The notes below the pieces were generated by a model. The model had not been told where the DNA came from. It saw only the letters and a list, made by a program, of their open reading frames with translations, and did not search any database. Both the position numbers and the translations under genes were made by a program. Below, piece by piece: positions 19,700 through 33,764 of a stretch of 64,000 nt of DNA (its first letter is position 1; every line of letters starts with the position of its first letter). This DNA is from the human T2T-CHM13v2.0 reference genome, Homo sapiens. The DNA lies in the NCBI RefSeq assembly GCF_009914755.1, contig NC_060948.1. One strand, given 5' to 3'.

Positions 19700-21450
19700 T
19701 GTTTAAAAAATGTCATATGAAATGATACATATTTACAACTTAAGGCGTGATGTTCAACAGGTCATATACATTATGCATTGGATACATCCAGCCAATCAAC
19801 ATATGTGTGACCTCACATAGTTGTCATTTTTGTTGTGAAAAAACTTGACCTGCACTGTATTCGAATATTTTTAGAGAAAGAATATGTTACCACTAGTTAT
19901 AGTGAGCATGCTGAAGAAAATATTTTTAACCTATTCCTCCTTTATAACTAGAAGTATGAGTTCTTCATCCAGCATCTCGTCAGTGCACCCTCTTCACCGC
20001 AGTCATTGGAGTCACTACTTCTGTGAAGTCCGCTTTTTTGATTTCATATAAGAATGAGATCATGTGCTATTTTCCTTTCTGATACCTGGCTTATGTCACT
20101 TAACAGAATGGCATGCACACATTCAGCAGATTCCCACACATTCTCACAACTGGCAGGATTTCCTGATTTCTTATTGCAGCGCATATTTCCGTTGCGCATA
20201 TGCGTTTTTGCCCCATTTTTTAATCCACTTATCAATGGAGGGACACTCAGGTTGCTTCCGCATTTTGGCTACAGCAAAAATGTAATGAGTGCAGCAATAA
20301 TTGCATGGGTGCGCGCACCGCTTCAACATACTGATCTGTGTACTGGCGGGCGTGCCCGGGTATTCTGATTTGCTGGATCATATAGTGGGTGGTTCTACTT
20401 GTAGATTTCTGAAGGCTGTTTATACTTAAATAAGAGCCATAAAGCTTCTTTGATGCCAGCACTAATTTACATTCTCCCCAAAAGTGAGCAGGGAATTCGT
20501 TTTCTCTGCCTCCTCACCAGAGATTAGGGTTTTCTTTTCTTTCTTTTTTTTTTTTTGTTTGTTTGTCTTTCGGATAATATGCATTCTGACTGAAGTGAGA
20601 AGAAATCTCATTGTGTTTTTGATTTGCATTTTCGTGATGGATTGGGGATAATGAGGAATTTTTAGTGTGTCTTCTGGGCAACTGTATGTCTCAGTTTCAC
20701 AAATGAGTCTTCGCAGCCTTCGCCCATTTGTTTTCATGCTATTGAGTTGTTGGGAGTTCCTTATGTACTGTGACTATTCCCCCATGAACAGATGTATGGT
20801 GATCCAATCATTGCTCCCATCCTGTAGGATGCCCCTTCTGTATGTTGAGTTTTCTATGGTGTGGTGAAGCACTTTAGTTTGATATGATTCCATTCTCTAT
20901 TTTTGATGGTGTTTACTGTGTTCTTGCAGTCACTTTGAGACCATCATTGCACACACGGACGCCATGGAGCTGCTTCCTTGTGATCTCTTCTGCTATTTTT
21001 ATCGTTTCACATCTGACACTGGAGTTTGGTGATAAATAATCCACTTGTAAAATCCTTTGTGTGGCTATTCAGATTTCCCCAACCTAGTTTATAGAAGATA
21101 CTTGATTTTGCATTGGGCGTTCTTGCTTCTTTGGGAAAAGGCTGTGAGCTGCAAATGCAGTGACTTAGTTCTGGGCTCCTGTTGTTTTTCCTAAGCTCTA
21201 GTCTCTGCTTTTCTGCCAGCGCTATTGTATTTTGGTACAAAAAGTTTTGTAGTAGTATATCATGAAGTTAGGTAGTGGGGTGGCTCCAGCTTTGTGCTTT
21301 TTACTGGATTGCTCTGGGTTTTCAGGATCTTCTGCCATTTCATAGCAAATTTGGGATTCCCAGATTGTTTTCTAAGAAGAATGTGTCATTGATACTTTTA
21401 CAGGGGTTGTATAGAATCTGAGGATGACTCAGGTAGTAGTGATGTCAATG
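19700..21450 (-). mobile_element. Old LINE-1 (L1M-like) 3' fragment, ORF2 end plus 3' UTR (also ~39965-41715 and ~60243-61995)
   Basis: Same ORF2 motifs plus typical antisense L1M 3' sequence (gagatcatg...cctggcttat.tcacttaaca). The subfamily was not determined. Confidence 0.8.
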
Positions 21451-22142
21451 CCGTTTAGACAATGTGCGTGTTTGTGTGCACATGCTCAGGGCCAAGAGAC
21501 ACTGGGTGTCCTCACCAATACTGAGGTGGGCCTTAATATCCAGCCAGATTGCCTTCTGGAAACACACGGAATGTCCTGTTCTGTTTTGCCATCTCTTCAC
21601 ATTTCCTCCCCTGTGAGCCCTGTGTGGTCCTCCAGATTCCCTGTGCGGTGGCCTGCCTTTTTTGGGGTGGGGAGTTGCTGGGTGAATGAGGATGGCGGAG
21701 GGAACCAAGCATGTCAGTGGAGCGTGGTGTCATCCAAACGGTACTTAGCAGGCCTGGGAGAGTCATTCTGGGAGGACGCAGACCTAGAGAGGCCTCAGGT
21801 GGGCATCTGTGTGGAGGGTGAGAGATCCCTGGTTGAGCCCAAACTGAACCCCAGGTAGAAGCAAGCCTCAGGACAGGGAAGTAGCTAGCAAGGGATGATG
21901 AGGCAGCTATCTCTTGACCCTGGCTTCCCACCCATTGACCTTAGCTACTTATGCCTATTAAGCAGATTACGGTTCCCCCATCGTGAAATGTGGGTACCAC
22001 AGTTCCCTGATGGGCATTTCTCCACCAGCCCATGATGGCCTGAGTTTCCTTACTGCAGTCTCCTCCCTGAGCCTTGGCTTCTCTATGTGTGTCCTAACTC
22101 CAGGACCCACAGGCCTGTCAACCCCCAGCCCTGGGCTGCTTC

Positions 22143-22912
22143 CCTGGCCTCTTCTCTGTTCCCTCTCTGAGGGCCTAACTCCCTTGGGTAGTGCTGCAGA
22201 ATATAGAGCCACAGGCCCTGGCTGATGATCTGGTGGACTGGGCAAATTGGTCGTGACAGGTCAGGTTCTGGTTCAAAGCCAATTCCTCCGATGCCAAGGA
22301 ATGTCGAAGAAGGTCCTTTGCCATGATGTCCCATAGCTGTCCCACCTCAGCAATCGTGCCGTAACCTGGGCCCTCACAGTCAGACAACCAGCTGAAGAAG
22401 CTCAGGCAGTGACCTGCGGGAAACTCGGGCTTTCACCTGCATGACCCTAGAACCACTGGACTGCAGTGGAGCCAGTCGCCCTGTATCCTGGAGGGAGACG
22501 AGTCAGGAAGGCGCACGCCAGGCCCAGCTCCCGAGGTACTACCCCCTCTACTCCTCAGGGAGGATGCCAACGCAATACTCCTTAGTCATCACTTTGTTTC
22601 CGAAGTAAATGTTGTGATGAAAGGCAAACTTCTTCCTACCCCTTGTATTCAGGTGGCCGAGTTCCTCCACCTGCCTGTCCAAGAAGGAGAAACAGGGCTG
22701 TGAAGGGGCAATTTCATCTAGGTGGGCTGAGGTGGCACTCTAGCCGGGGTGAAGCATGCGTTTCCCCTTCCCAGCTTTCCCGCTGAGACACACCTGAGCC
22801 CCAGAAGGACCTCAACCTGACCAGGACCTTAGCACCCTCCCCCAGACCCAGGCTTTCCATCCTGACCTGCAAATCCAACATGCAGCTTTGAAGGACTTTC
22901 TCATGGTTTCTG
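22143..22912 (-). pseudogene. TSPY-family relic B, unit 2
   Basis: Copy of 1880-2650 at offset ~+20263. Confidence 0.85.
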
Positions 22913-25900
22913 AGCTCCTTGCTCTCACCAGAAAGAATCAGAACTTTTAAAGTGTTCTTTATGCCAACTTAAATTTTTCATTTTTACTACCTCATGTTTT
23001 GGATGAGGCATGTATTTTTAAATTTATTTTCACCCTTATTGTACCTCTATGATAAACTGCTTGCTTACATTCATACCGTAATTATCTCTCAGGTTACTTG
23101 TCTGTTCCTAAAGATTCACTGAAACGAAGAATTCTATATATGCTTGTATCTTTCAGCAACCGTATGTCAGATAGCACTGCACATTACTGCAGACATCGCA
23201 TATACAGGTCCAAAGGTAGAGGAAGAAGAAGAAAGCAAGCGTTAAACTCTATTCATTCCTAAAAGCATATCAGAAACTCACAAATAACAGTGAAATCAAA
23301 GAATGATCACAGCCAATTCCATTACATACCTAGACTGAAATACGAAACTTCAAAGAAAAGAAACATTAGAACTTTGGGTTTGTAAAAATTTTCCTATATA
23401 GATAAAATTGTTGGTAACTGTGTCTCACTAGAAAACGTAAACAAAAATCCATGTTTTTCATATTTGTAAATATACATAGTTTTATTTCCATCAGTTATGA
23501 CATGCAAGCAAGTAATAAAGTGAAAGTACAATCAAATGATATATGGAACTTCCTCAGTCTTAAAATATTCCGTGGAGACTATCAATTTTATGAAAACTAT
23601 AAAGAATGCTTCATGAAACTACATTGTACAGTGCCATTTACTATTTTACTGACATTTTAAATAATCAACAATTAAAGGGAATACGTCAACATTATTTAAT
23701 ACCAATAACGTTATTTTTCTTGAGTAATCCTGTTGAAATTAAGGATTTTAAATAAAACATTAAAAACAAATTATATTGACTGATTTCAGCTTTGGATGAA
23801 ATCATACTTGTGTATTTGTAGTAATGCGAAGCATAACTTTCTCCTCACAATTAATCTTTTATAACATCGGTGTTATAGTTTTCTCTGACACCAACATTGT
23901 GATATCGCACAGGTTTACTGCATGCATGCATTACATGCCTCCAGAGAGTAGGCTTCAAATATATGGAAAAATTATATTTATGAAAAAATTCTAGGAAAGG
24001 GAATGGTGAAATGGAAGAGAATTTCTCACTTGCTAACTGTTGGACATGGATTTGTATATATTTGGATATAGACACATACTGGCACATTGTGAGTTTGCCC
24101 ATGTATATATACACTTATATGAGAAACCCATAATATATGGGTTGTGTAATCTTTTAATTAATCCATAATTGTATGTGTGTGAAATTAGATAAGCGGTTAC
24201 CTTTTCTTTACTCAATTTGATGGAAAGCCAAAAAACTCTGTCCACCTTCATTTCAATTAATCCAATACTGTTAACTGCTGGTAGCTTCATTCTCCTTGTT
24301 CTCTTACGGCAACCGGAAAGTTAATTCTCGCTCTAATTTGGCTTTCAAGGTGCGATCAACAAGAGTGTCACCTTGCTGTGGATTGTGACCTCTGACTCCA
24401 CCTCTGTCTTCCTTTTGCAGTCCTACCTTTGCATAGGTAACAAACTTTGTACATGGTTAAAAGGATAAAAGTTCAGTGAAATGTCAAGCCATGCTGTGAA
24501 ATGTTCCATAGTTTCTATATCTCTAATTGTCCTTTGATGTTATAGAGGCAAGAAAAATAATTCAATCTTTTTCTTAGTATCTAGTCCAATGCACTCTTTC
24601 TTCATAATACTGCAAACAAGGCACTGACATGGAAACGTGGCTGGACGTCTCAAAATCTCTTCTCATTAATTACCATTATGTTAATCACTGTTGCCCACAA
24701 CTGGAATTGGACTTTGAAATCCCCTGGTGGAAATTGCTATAATGGCTCAAACTACTGGAAAGACTATCTTTTTTTACCTGAAAATATCTGATGAGCATAG
24801 ACGTATGCTATATACAGGAAGATATTGTACATTAACAACATACCATCACTGCCACTCAATAATAGGTATCCCAAACCTTTGAGCCAAACTGAGCTCGGGT
24901 GCTCCCACAAACCAAGCTTTTCCCTCCACAGATTTCTTATGTCAAAAAGCCACAACTCCAGGCCAGGCTTCGTGGCTCTTGTTGTAATTTCTACATTTTG
25001 GGAGGCCGAGGTTGGTGGGTCACTTGAGGTCAGGAGTTGGAGACCAGCATGGGCAACATGGCAAAAAGCTGTCTCTACCAAAAATACAAAAATTAGCCAG
25101 ACCTAGTGGCACTTTCCTGTGGTCCCAGCTACTTGGGAGGCTGAGGTAGGAGAACCACCTGAACATGGGTGGCAGAGATTGTATAGTAAGCCAAGATCAG
25201 ACTACTGCACTCCAGCCTGGATGACACAGCGAGACCATGAAAAAAAAAATAAAGGCAACTCCACTCGTCCACTGGCTTAGGTAAAAAATACTGGAGTTGG
25301 CTGGGCTCGGTGGCTCACACCTGTATTCCCAGCACTTTGGATTTTGGGAAGCTGAGTCGGGCGGGTCACCTGAGATCTGTAGTAGGAGAGCAGCCTGGCC
25401 AACATGGTGAAGCCTGGCTTCTACTAAAAATACAAAACATTAGCTGAGCGTGGTGATGCATGCTTGTAATCCCAGCTACTGCAGAGGCTGAACCTGGGAG
25501 GCGGAGGATGTGTTGAGCTGAGATCCTGCCACTGCGCTCCAGCCTGGTCTACAGAGCGAGAGTACCCTGTGAGAAACAAAGGTGAAGAGAACAAGAAAAA
25601 AAAATGAGAAAAATAAGACCCACTGCAAAAGGTTGCCACAGAAAAGATTAAACATTTCAGCAACTTCTATCTTCTATCATGGAAGCCAAGGTTATTTGGA
25701 CCAAACCTCCTGTCTTAGTTCATTTTCACGCTGCTGAAGAAGAGATACCTGAAACTGGGAATAAAAGGAGGTTTAATTGGACTGACAGTTCCACATGGCT
25801 GTGGAGGCCTCAGAATCATGGTATACGAATAAAGGCACTTCTTACATGGCAATGCCAAGAGAGAATGAGGAAGAACCTGAGGCAGAAACCCCTGAAAAAC

Positions 25901-28900
25901 CCATCAGATCCCGTGAGACTTCTTCACTGTCACAAGAATAGCATGAGAAAGACCGACCCCCATGATTCAATTACCTCCCCCTGGGTCCCACCCGCAACAC
26001 GAGGGAATTCTGGGAGATACAATTGAAGCTGAGATTTGAATGGAGACACACCAAACCATGTCACTTCCCAAACAATTAAAAATTCCCAATAGAAGAAGCA
26101 TTAATTATATCAAAAAGTGGTGGACCAAGAAGGAACTATTAGCCTCATATCTCAAGAAAGACTCCAGTCAAGGCCTAGGGACTACTCATGAAAAGAGTTT
26201 AATAGCCGACTCTCTCCCAGTGGATCTGGATTCCACCGGACTGTATCTTCACAGTAAGGGTGAAACAGAAGCAAACCCATTCCTATTTCCAAGCTCAAGG
26301 AACTTTGGTCAAAGTTCTCTTGGAGCTGAGCAGAACAAGGAGGCAAACAGAAAAGATTTGTGTCCCTGAGAAGTCATGGCCACAGGCTGGCTATCACACA
26401 GATTGTCAAGCCAGTTCCATATTGCATGGGTATTACAGAAAATCTCAAAACATAAATTTGTGTGTGGGTTGTCCCAGAGTAGCAGGATCTGGCAGAAGGA
26501 AATTTCCTTCTAACCCTCAAAGAATCCACATAAATCTTGTTACATTTGGGATTTTACGATTTGCTTCAGGAATGAGAATGGCCTTAATTTTCATATCTTT
26601 TTCTACACTCAGTTTATGGCTTGTTGGCGTCAAAGTTCTGCTTGCTTCACACAATGAGTTTAGGATTTTCCCTTTTTTATTCTATAGAATTCTTCATATA
26701 TATTGAAATGCTCTGCCTGGGGAAAAAAATCTGAGCCTAGCGTTTTATCTCTAGGAAGAATCCTTTATTTCCTTGAACATTTATGAGACTATACAGATTA
26801 TATATGTCTTCTTGTATCAATTTTACTAAGCTATATACATAGCTTATGTTTATATATTATATATATAAATGTAAGATACAAATATAAAAATTATGTATAA
26901 ATATGAAAATATATATAGAAAGCGATATATATGTCTATATATATAGACAGATTATAAATATCTGTCTATTTGATCTAAGTTTTCAAATTTGTAGGTTAAG
27001 GTGTTAATGATATTTCCTTATTAGCTTCTTAATCTATGCTGTATCTATGGTTGTGTACCTTTTAAATTCTTAGTTTTATCTATGTTTTCTCCCTTTTTTT
27101 CTAAACTTGACTGACGGTTGCATCATTTATTATATTTCTCCAACAAGCAAAGGTTAGCTTTGTATGTTTTACTAATTTTGTCTACATCATTATTCCCACA
27201 CTTTAGTTTTTCAGAATTGATTCTGTTGTTTCTTTTCTAATTCTTTATTGAAATATCTAGTACATTAATTTTCAAGTTATTAGAGAAATATTTGTCTGTA
27301 AACTCCTATTGTAATATCACTTTTCTTGCTACTCACAGATTTAATCTTTAATATTGGCGGTATCATTGAGTTCTAAGTACATTTCAATTCCTAGTATGAT
27401 AATCTATGAATTGCTGAGAAATAGTGTTTACAATTTTGTTGTTCTATTTCCACTTAAGTTTATTTTTACTTCTGCTAACTCAATTGAAAATTCTTTACTA
27501 ATTTTTAAAATCCTTGAACCCAAGAGATGGAGGTTGCAGTGAGCTGAGATCAGGCCACTGCATTCCAGACTGAGTGACAGAGTGGAACGAGATTTCAAAA
27601 CAAAACAAAACAAAACAAAACAAAACAGTCACTGGAAAGATAATAAAATACATAAATGTGGGATGTAATATGTAATCGTGATAAAATAAACTGGATTTTT
27701 TGTATAAGTTATACATATAAATGTAATGCCAAGACACTGATAAGACAACTCATGGTCTTATCTCAATACTTAGTGTCTTCATGTAACATATGTCCTTTAG
27801 GATAGTTATAGTCCGTTTTCTTTCCAGGAGAGACAGATGAGAATGCAGAAATGTTAAAGTGCAAGGGACGGAAGCTTCCAGCTGTGCCCACCTGTAACCT
27901 GACGTAGACAGTTCCACCGTTTGCTTCATTAATCATGCCAAAGGCTCTAATGCAAATGTGGTACAGAGTCACATGTTTTTGTATCTACATGATAGAAACT
28001 ATAACTTCATCCCTATATAGAAGGGTATATAGCATATGCCTCAGTGATAAATATAAGTGAATCATTGATCAGTAGGAAACCATTTTAAAAGTCTTTCATA
28101 ACAGAACAAAATCCCTGAAAACATTTTCTTCTCAATCTCTGAGTTTTCTTACACGGCTTATGAATCTCTAGCCATACTAAAGAGATAGTATGCTGCTCTT
28201 CCCACAAATTATTCATTGTATATAATTCCTGTAATCTAATAACAGTACCTTTACACCTCAGGGTTTAAAATGACTCCAACCTTTTTCTGTTTCTCCAATT
28301 AAAATAACTTTTTTAAGGTTTAATCTTCAGTAATTTTTTGTAGTAATATTTTTGAAGGTATTTGACCAGGATGATTTGCTTATATACCTACCTGACGTCT
28401 CCCTTTCTTCTGAATACATATTTTATTACCCACCTATTAGATCTAAGTTTAAGAAGTTGGAATAGGGATTTAAATCTAAATTCTACATTTGAATTTACAG
28501 GAGTCAGCGAGTCCGGGAAGTGCCTTTATGCACAGACCAATATCTGGCAATGGCACTAGGAGACAAATAAGCTTTACCAGTCTCAAAGCCCTGGCTACTA
28601 CAGTGAATCCACCCTTCTCCTGGATCTTATCTACTTCAGCAAAAGAAGGCCACCCACTAAACCAGGCCCTTGTACTTTGGGTGGAAACTCCTAAGTCCTC
28701 TAGTCTCCTCAAACAGACAGCCAGGCTGCCAATTTCCACAATAATAATTTCTATAGCACTGAGTCTTTGGTAGCCTTGTAACTATAGCTACTGATGCTAC
28801 AGTCTGGTCCCTGTATGATAAAACACCAGAGCAACAGAAACAAAAATATTGACTGAAGCCTTCTAAAATCTCTCTAAATATACCTTCAATAAATATGGTT

Positions 28901-29285
28901 TTTTTTACAGAACGACTGCTTTCAGCTTCCTGAACTAACGCTTGGCCTTCGCTAGTTGTCACTGTTGAAATTGATTCAAAAGTGTACATTTAACATGAAA
29001 GTCAACACAGAATTTCATGTGTCAGCAACTAAAATTTTCAAAATGTTGCAAAATACAAATGTGAAACTGTATTTGTGAAATTTACCATTCATTGAAATTA
29101 TATTTTCATACCTACCCAGGCACAGAATTTTTTATAACTGTCTGCATGTTCTCCTCATGTGGGGGAAAAGCAGCATCAGCAGGCAGAGGAATCCTTTGAA
29201 GCTGGAGGGAGAGGTTGCAGTGATCTGAGAGTTTGCCACTTGACTGCAGCCTGGATGACACAGTGAGACTCCAACTGAAAAGAAA

Positions 29286-29324
<39 letters not shown>

Positions 29325-29389
29325 CCAAAATTGATAAGTAAAAAAAAAATCCATATTCGAAAACATGCTCACAGGCTAACTCCCATATC

Positions 29390-29434
<45 letters not shown>

Positions 29435-30564
29435 TCCTTGAAAACGAAAGTTCCACAAGGGCAAAACAAGAAAACAAATTTAACACCCCCCAAAGAAAGT
29501 ACAAAGAGTAACCTCAAAAGAACCGCAGGGGAAAACAATTCAAAATTTACAAGTATCTACCCTAAAAGAAGCTGAAAGTCCCTCAAAAACTTTCCAGAGG
29601 CCATGTCCTTGTATTACAAAAATGATCATAAAAACTGGCAGGAGTAGACGAATAGAAATGCATCTTAAAACTTGCTAAACCCTTCAAGTCTCCCATAAGA
29701 ATTGTAATGGAAAATGGATCGGTCGGCAGCTTTTTCCATACAATTATGAACAAATTATATTTCTTCATACATAGATTTGTTTTTTCAATATTCTAAGGAA
29801 TTAACTTTTATATTAATAGTAGGTGATGTAAGAAAGCAGGCCTTTATCAAGATAACTGACACTGGATGTCCATACCATTACTCAGGTGGGCCTTAATTCC
29901 CAGCCGGGTTCCCTCCCTGGACACACACTGAAGGTCCCCAGCCATTTGGCAATCTCTTCACATTCCCAGCCCTGGAGGTAGCCCTAAAATACATGTACCT
30001 GAAGAAAATAAAACATTGCCTCACACTGGAGCCCAGTGTGGTCCTCCAGATTCCGTGTGAGGTGGACTAACTTATATGGGAAGGCAGGGCAGCGGGAGTG
30101 AGGATGGCAGAGAGGATTACACATGTCAAGGCAGCCGGGGTCATGGAAACAAAACATGACTGGCCTGGGAGAAACACTGTGAAAGGACACAGACCTAGGT
30201 GGGCCTCAGGTGGACATCCTCATGGAGAAAAAGGGGGCCCTGGTTGATCTCAAAATGAGCCCCAGGTGGTAGCAGGTCTTACCGCAGGGCAGGGAGCTGG
30301 CGAGTAATGATGAGACAGCTATCCCTTAAGCCCTGCTTGTCACCCACTGACTTTAGCCACATATGCATCATAGTGGCTTAAGGTGCCCCGATCCTGAAAT
30401 GTGGGTGTTACATGTCCCTGATGGGCCTCTCTCCCCCAACCCACGGATTGCCTGGGATTGCTCACTGCAGTCTCCTCCCGGATCCTTGGGTTCTCCATGT
30501 GGGGCCCAGATCCAGGTCAAAAGGCCTCTCAGTTCCCAGCCCTTCCCAGCCCTAGGCTGCTCGC

Positions 30565-32832
30565 CTGGCCTCCTCTCTGTTCCGCCTCTAGGGCTGACCC
30601 TCTCTCCATGGGATAGAACTGCAATGGATTGAGCCATAGGCCCTGGCTGATGATCTAGGGGACTGCAGAAGTGGGTCCAGGACAGTTCAGGTGACAGTTC
30701 AAAGCCAATTCCCCAGAGACCAAGGAATGACCAGCTAGGTCCTTTCCCATGATGCCCCACGGCGAACCCCACCTCAGCAATCCTGCCAAAACCCGGGCAG
30801 TCATGTTCAGCCAAACAGCTGAATGAGCTCAGGTAGGAGGTGTACTGCCTGCAGCTGGAGGCTTGACCTTCGTGATCCCAGAACCGCTGGACTGCAGTGG
30901 AATGAGACACCCTGTAGCCTGCAGGGAGAGGAGTCAGGAAGGTTCATGCCAGTCCCACCCTCCCACACACCAGCTCCCCTACCATGCTGGGAGGCATTCC
31001 TTACCGAGGATGCCAACACAGTGCTCCTTCATGATGATTTCACTGTGGAAATAAAGGTTGGGATGAAAGGAAATCATCCTGCCACCGGTAACCGGGATGG
31101 CTGAGTTCCTCCACCTGCCGGATCAAGGAGAAAGAGGATGGATTCAATGGGACCATCTCAACTAGCCGGGCTGAGGTGGCCTACTAGCTGTAGTGAACCA
31201 TGAGTTTCCCCTTCCCAGCTCTCCCACTGAGACAACCCTGGTCCCCAGGGGGACCTCAAACTGACTCAGACACTGGACTCCTCCCACAGACCCAGGCTCC
31301 CCAGCCTGACCTGCAAATCCATCACGTAGCAAAGCAGGACTTCCGCATGCTTTCCGACCCACGCCGACATCTCGTGTGCCAAACAATCTACCTCTGCGCA
31401 AGAACTCTCCAGAGGATTGGGTGGGCAAGCCTCGTGACGCCTTGCAATTTCGCAAGAACACAGACAATGTGGAACAGGGCCATCTCCCAGACATTTGGCC
31501 AGTCACCCTTCATTGTTGGCCCTCTATCTCTGTCTGGCGAGGAGGCAACGCCACAACTGTGGTGGTTTTTGGAGTGGGTGGACCCCGGCCAAGACGGCCT
31601 GGGCTGACCAGAGACGGGAGGCAGAAAAAGTGGGCAGGTGGTTGCAGCTGAGGGACGGGAGGGACCGGGGGTGGTGTGAGGCGGCTGCTTCTCTGAGTTT
31701 CTGAGATGCAGGAGGCCTTTGTGTGCTGGGTGCTGGACATGCTCCGCTGATGTCCGGGTGTGTGGTGTCCTCTTATCCTAGTCTCCCTGAGGGGTGGGCC
31801 TGTCCACCTGAGGGAAGCCTTGTAGTTAGAAGCCACAGCAGGGTCGTGCCTGGCGCTCTCCAAGGGAATTGCGTGGGTCCAGAGGAAGTTATACAGGCTC
31901 AGGGCCTACACGCCTTTGAGTGCAGCGCCTGCAGTTGGATGAATGCGCATCTGCGGAGCTGGTGCCCGCCGTCAGGTGGTCGGCAGCCCCATGCGCCGCG
32001 AACCCGTCTTAAGCACCTTGTGTTTCTGGGGTGAGCCTGCTGGAAACAGGCACCGAGAGCAGGGGTGGTTCAATGGCTGGTAATGGCATACAGATTCCCC
32101 GTCCTCCAGGGACGTTCCCAGGGAAACGCGTCCTTCGAATTTGGGCTGTGCGCAAAGGGACCTTGGCGCCGCGATTCTCCCTTGTCAGTGCTGGCCCTGG
32201 CTCCCCTTCCCTACCACGTGCTCCCAGGGCTGCTACAAGCGAGCTGCCCTCACAGCTGCGGGAACGTGGCCTCGGCTCCCACGCTGTCCCCCATCCCCTG
32301 CCTCCTGGCTGACCCCACGTGCCTCCCACCTGGCTCCTCCCCCCAAACAGCCCCCATACCCCCCGAGGCCCGATGACTATCCCCTGCTGCCCGCCATCCC
32401 AAATCGGCAGCCGCAAGGATATGGCTCTGGCTCACAAGGCGGAGATGCTCTGTGGCCTGGGGCATTCACGGAGCCCAGCTCCAAGTGAAGGACCTCCAGT
32501 GAGTCCATTGACGGCCCCGGTGTGCTCGGTCCAGGGCCAGGCTGTGCCCGCTGGCCCTCCTTCTGCCACCCCACGTCGGGCTCCACCTCAACCACCACCT
32601 CCACCTCAGCCATGATGTCTTCCACCTTCAGCACCGCCTCCTCTTCCAAGGCCGCCTCCTTGCTCTGTACCCCGGCCGTCCTCTCCAGCATTGCCTCCAG
32701 CCTGAACACGGTTTTCTCCTGGGTGCTCCCACAGACCCTGGGCCTGCGCAGCCCAGCCCAGCCCAGCCCATGCCCCGCACCCGTAGGCTCTGGGGGCCCG
32801 CTCCCCAGCAGACCCGCTCCCTGCAAGACCCA
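30565..32832 (-). pseudogene. FAM197Y: TSPY-family relic A, unit 2
   Basis: Near-identical copy of 10303-12570 at offset +20262 (ORFs 30368..30910 and 32377..33141). Confidence 0.85.
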
Positions 32833-33764
32833 CGGGCGTCGCCCTGCTGTGAACCTGGTCCCACACCTACGTGGACCCAGGTTTCCTGAGGAGCTCCGCT
32901 GGACCCGCAGATCCCGCACTGGCCAAAGGGCTCCGGTCCCCAGCAGGCTCAACTGCGCACAGGAGCTCGGGAGCCAGAGGCCCCGGCCCTGGGCTTGCAG
33001 AGCCCCACCAACAGGCACCGCAACCGCTGCTGCGGGTGCGGGAGCCTCTGGGTCGTCAAGGCAGCGCACAACAGCGTGCGCGCAGGCCGACAATGGCCAA
33101 CCCTGGCGGCTGGCCTCTGGTGTGCCCAGGGCATAGGACAAGAGGCCCTTTGGAATGCTCCTTGGAGTACAGCATCCTCAGGGAGGAAGCATGGTACTCG
33201 GAGCCTCTATTTGCCTCGACCTGTGAGAGTGTGTGCCGGGGCTCTGGCCTCTACAGCAGATCAATTCCACCTCAGCACCGGCAGGCGACTTTCCTCCCAC
33301 GTGCCCGCCCCGATCACTTCCCCCAGGACACCCCTGCCGCCCTAGCCCCAGCAACCAGAGAGAGTTCTCTGCATCTGCTGTATTACCTCCGTACCATCTA
33401 CCTGGCCTGCCTAACGAAGAGAGATGTTTCCTGTGTTCATGACACATAGAGATGTTCATGGCTTGCCACACTGAGGATGTCAGGGCACAGGGCTGCCATG
33501 CCCACAATTCCAAAGGCCACGCAGCCCGCGTGTGCCCGGATGCCTAGCTACCCGGCACAAGCTCCAAGGGCTTCTCGGAGGAGGCTTGGGCAGGGAAGGC
33601 GGGGGTTGGGGGGGCTGGAGATGCAGGCCCGCCAGTGGCTGTGCCGCCCAGGGAGACGCCCACCGCCCTCCCATTGACTGGCCACGACGGGAGGAAGTCG
33701 GCCTGGGTGCGGCCCCCCGGCCCTTCGCGCGCAGTCCCTTAGGGGGCGCCTGGAAGCCCGGCGC

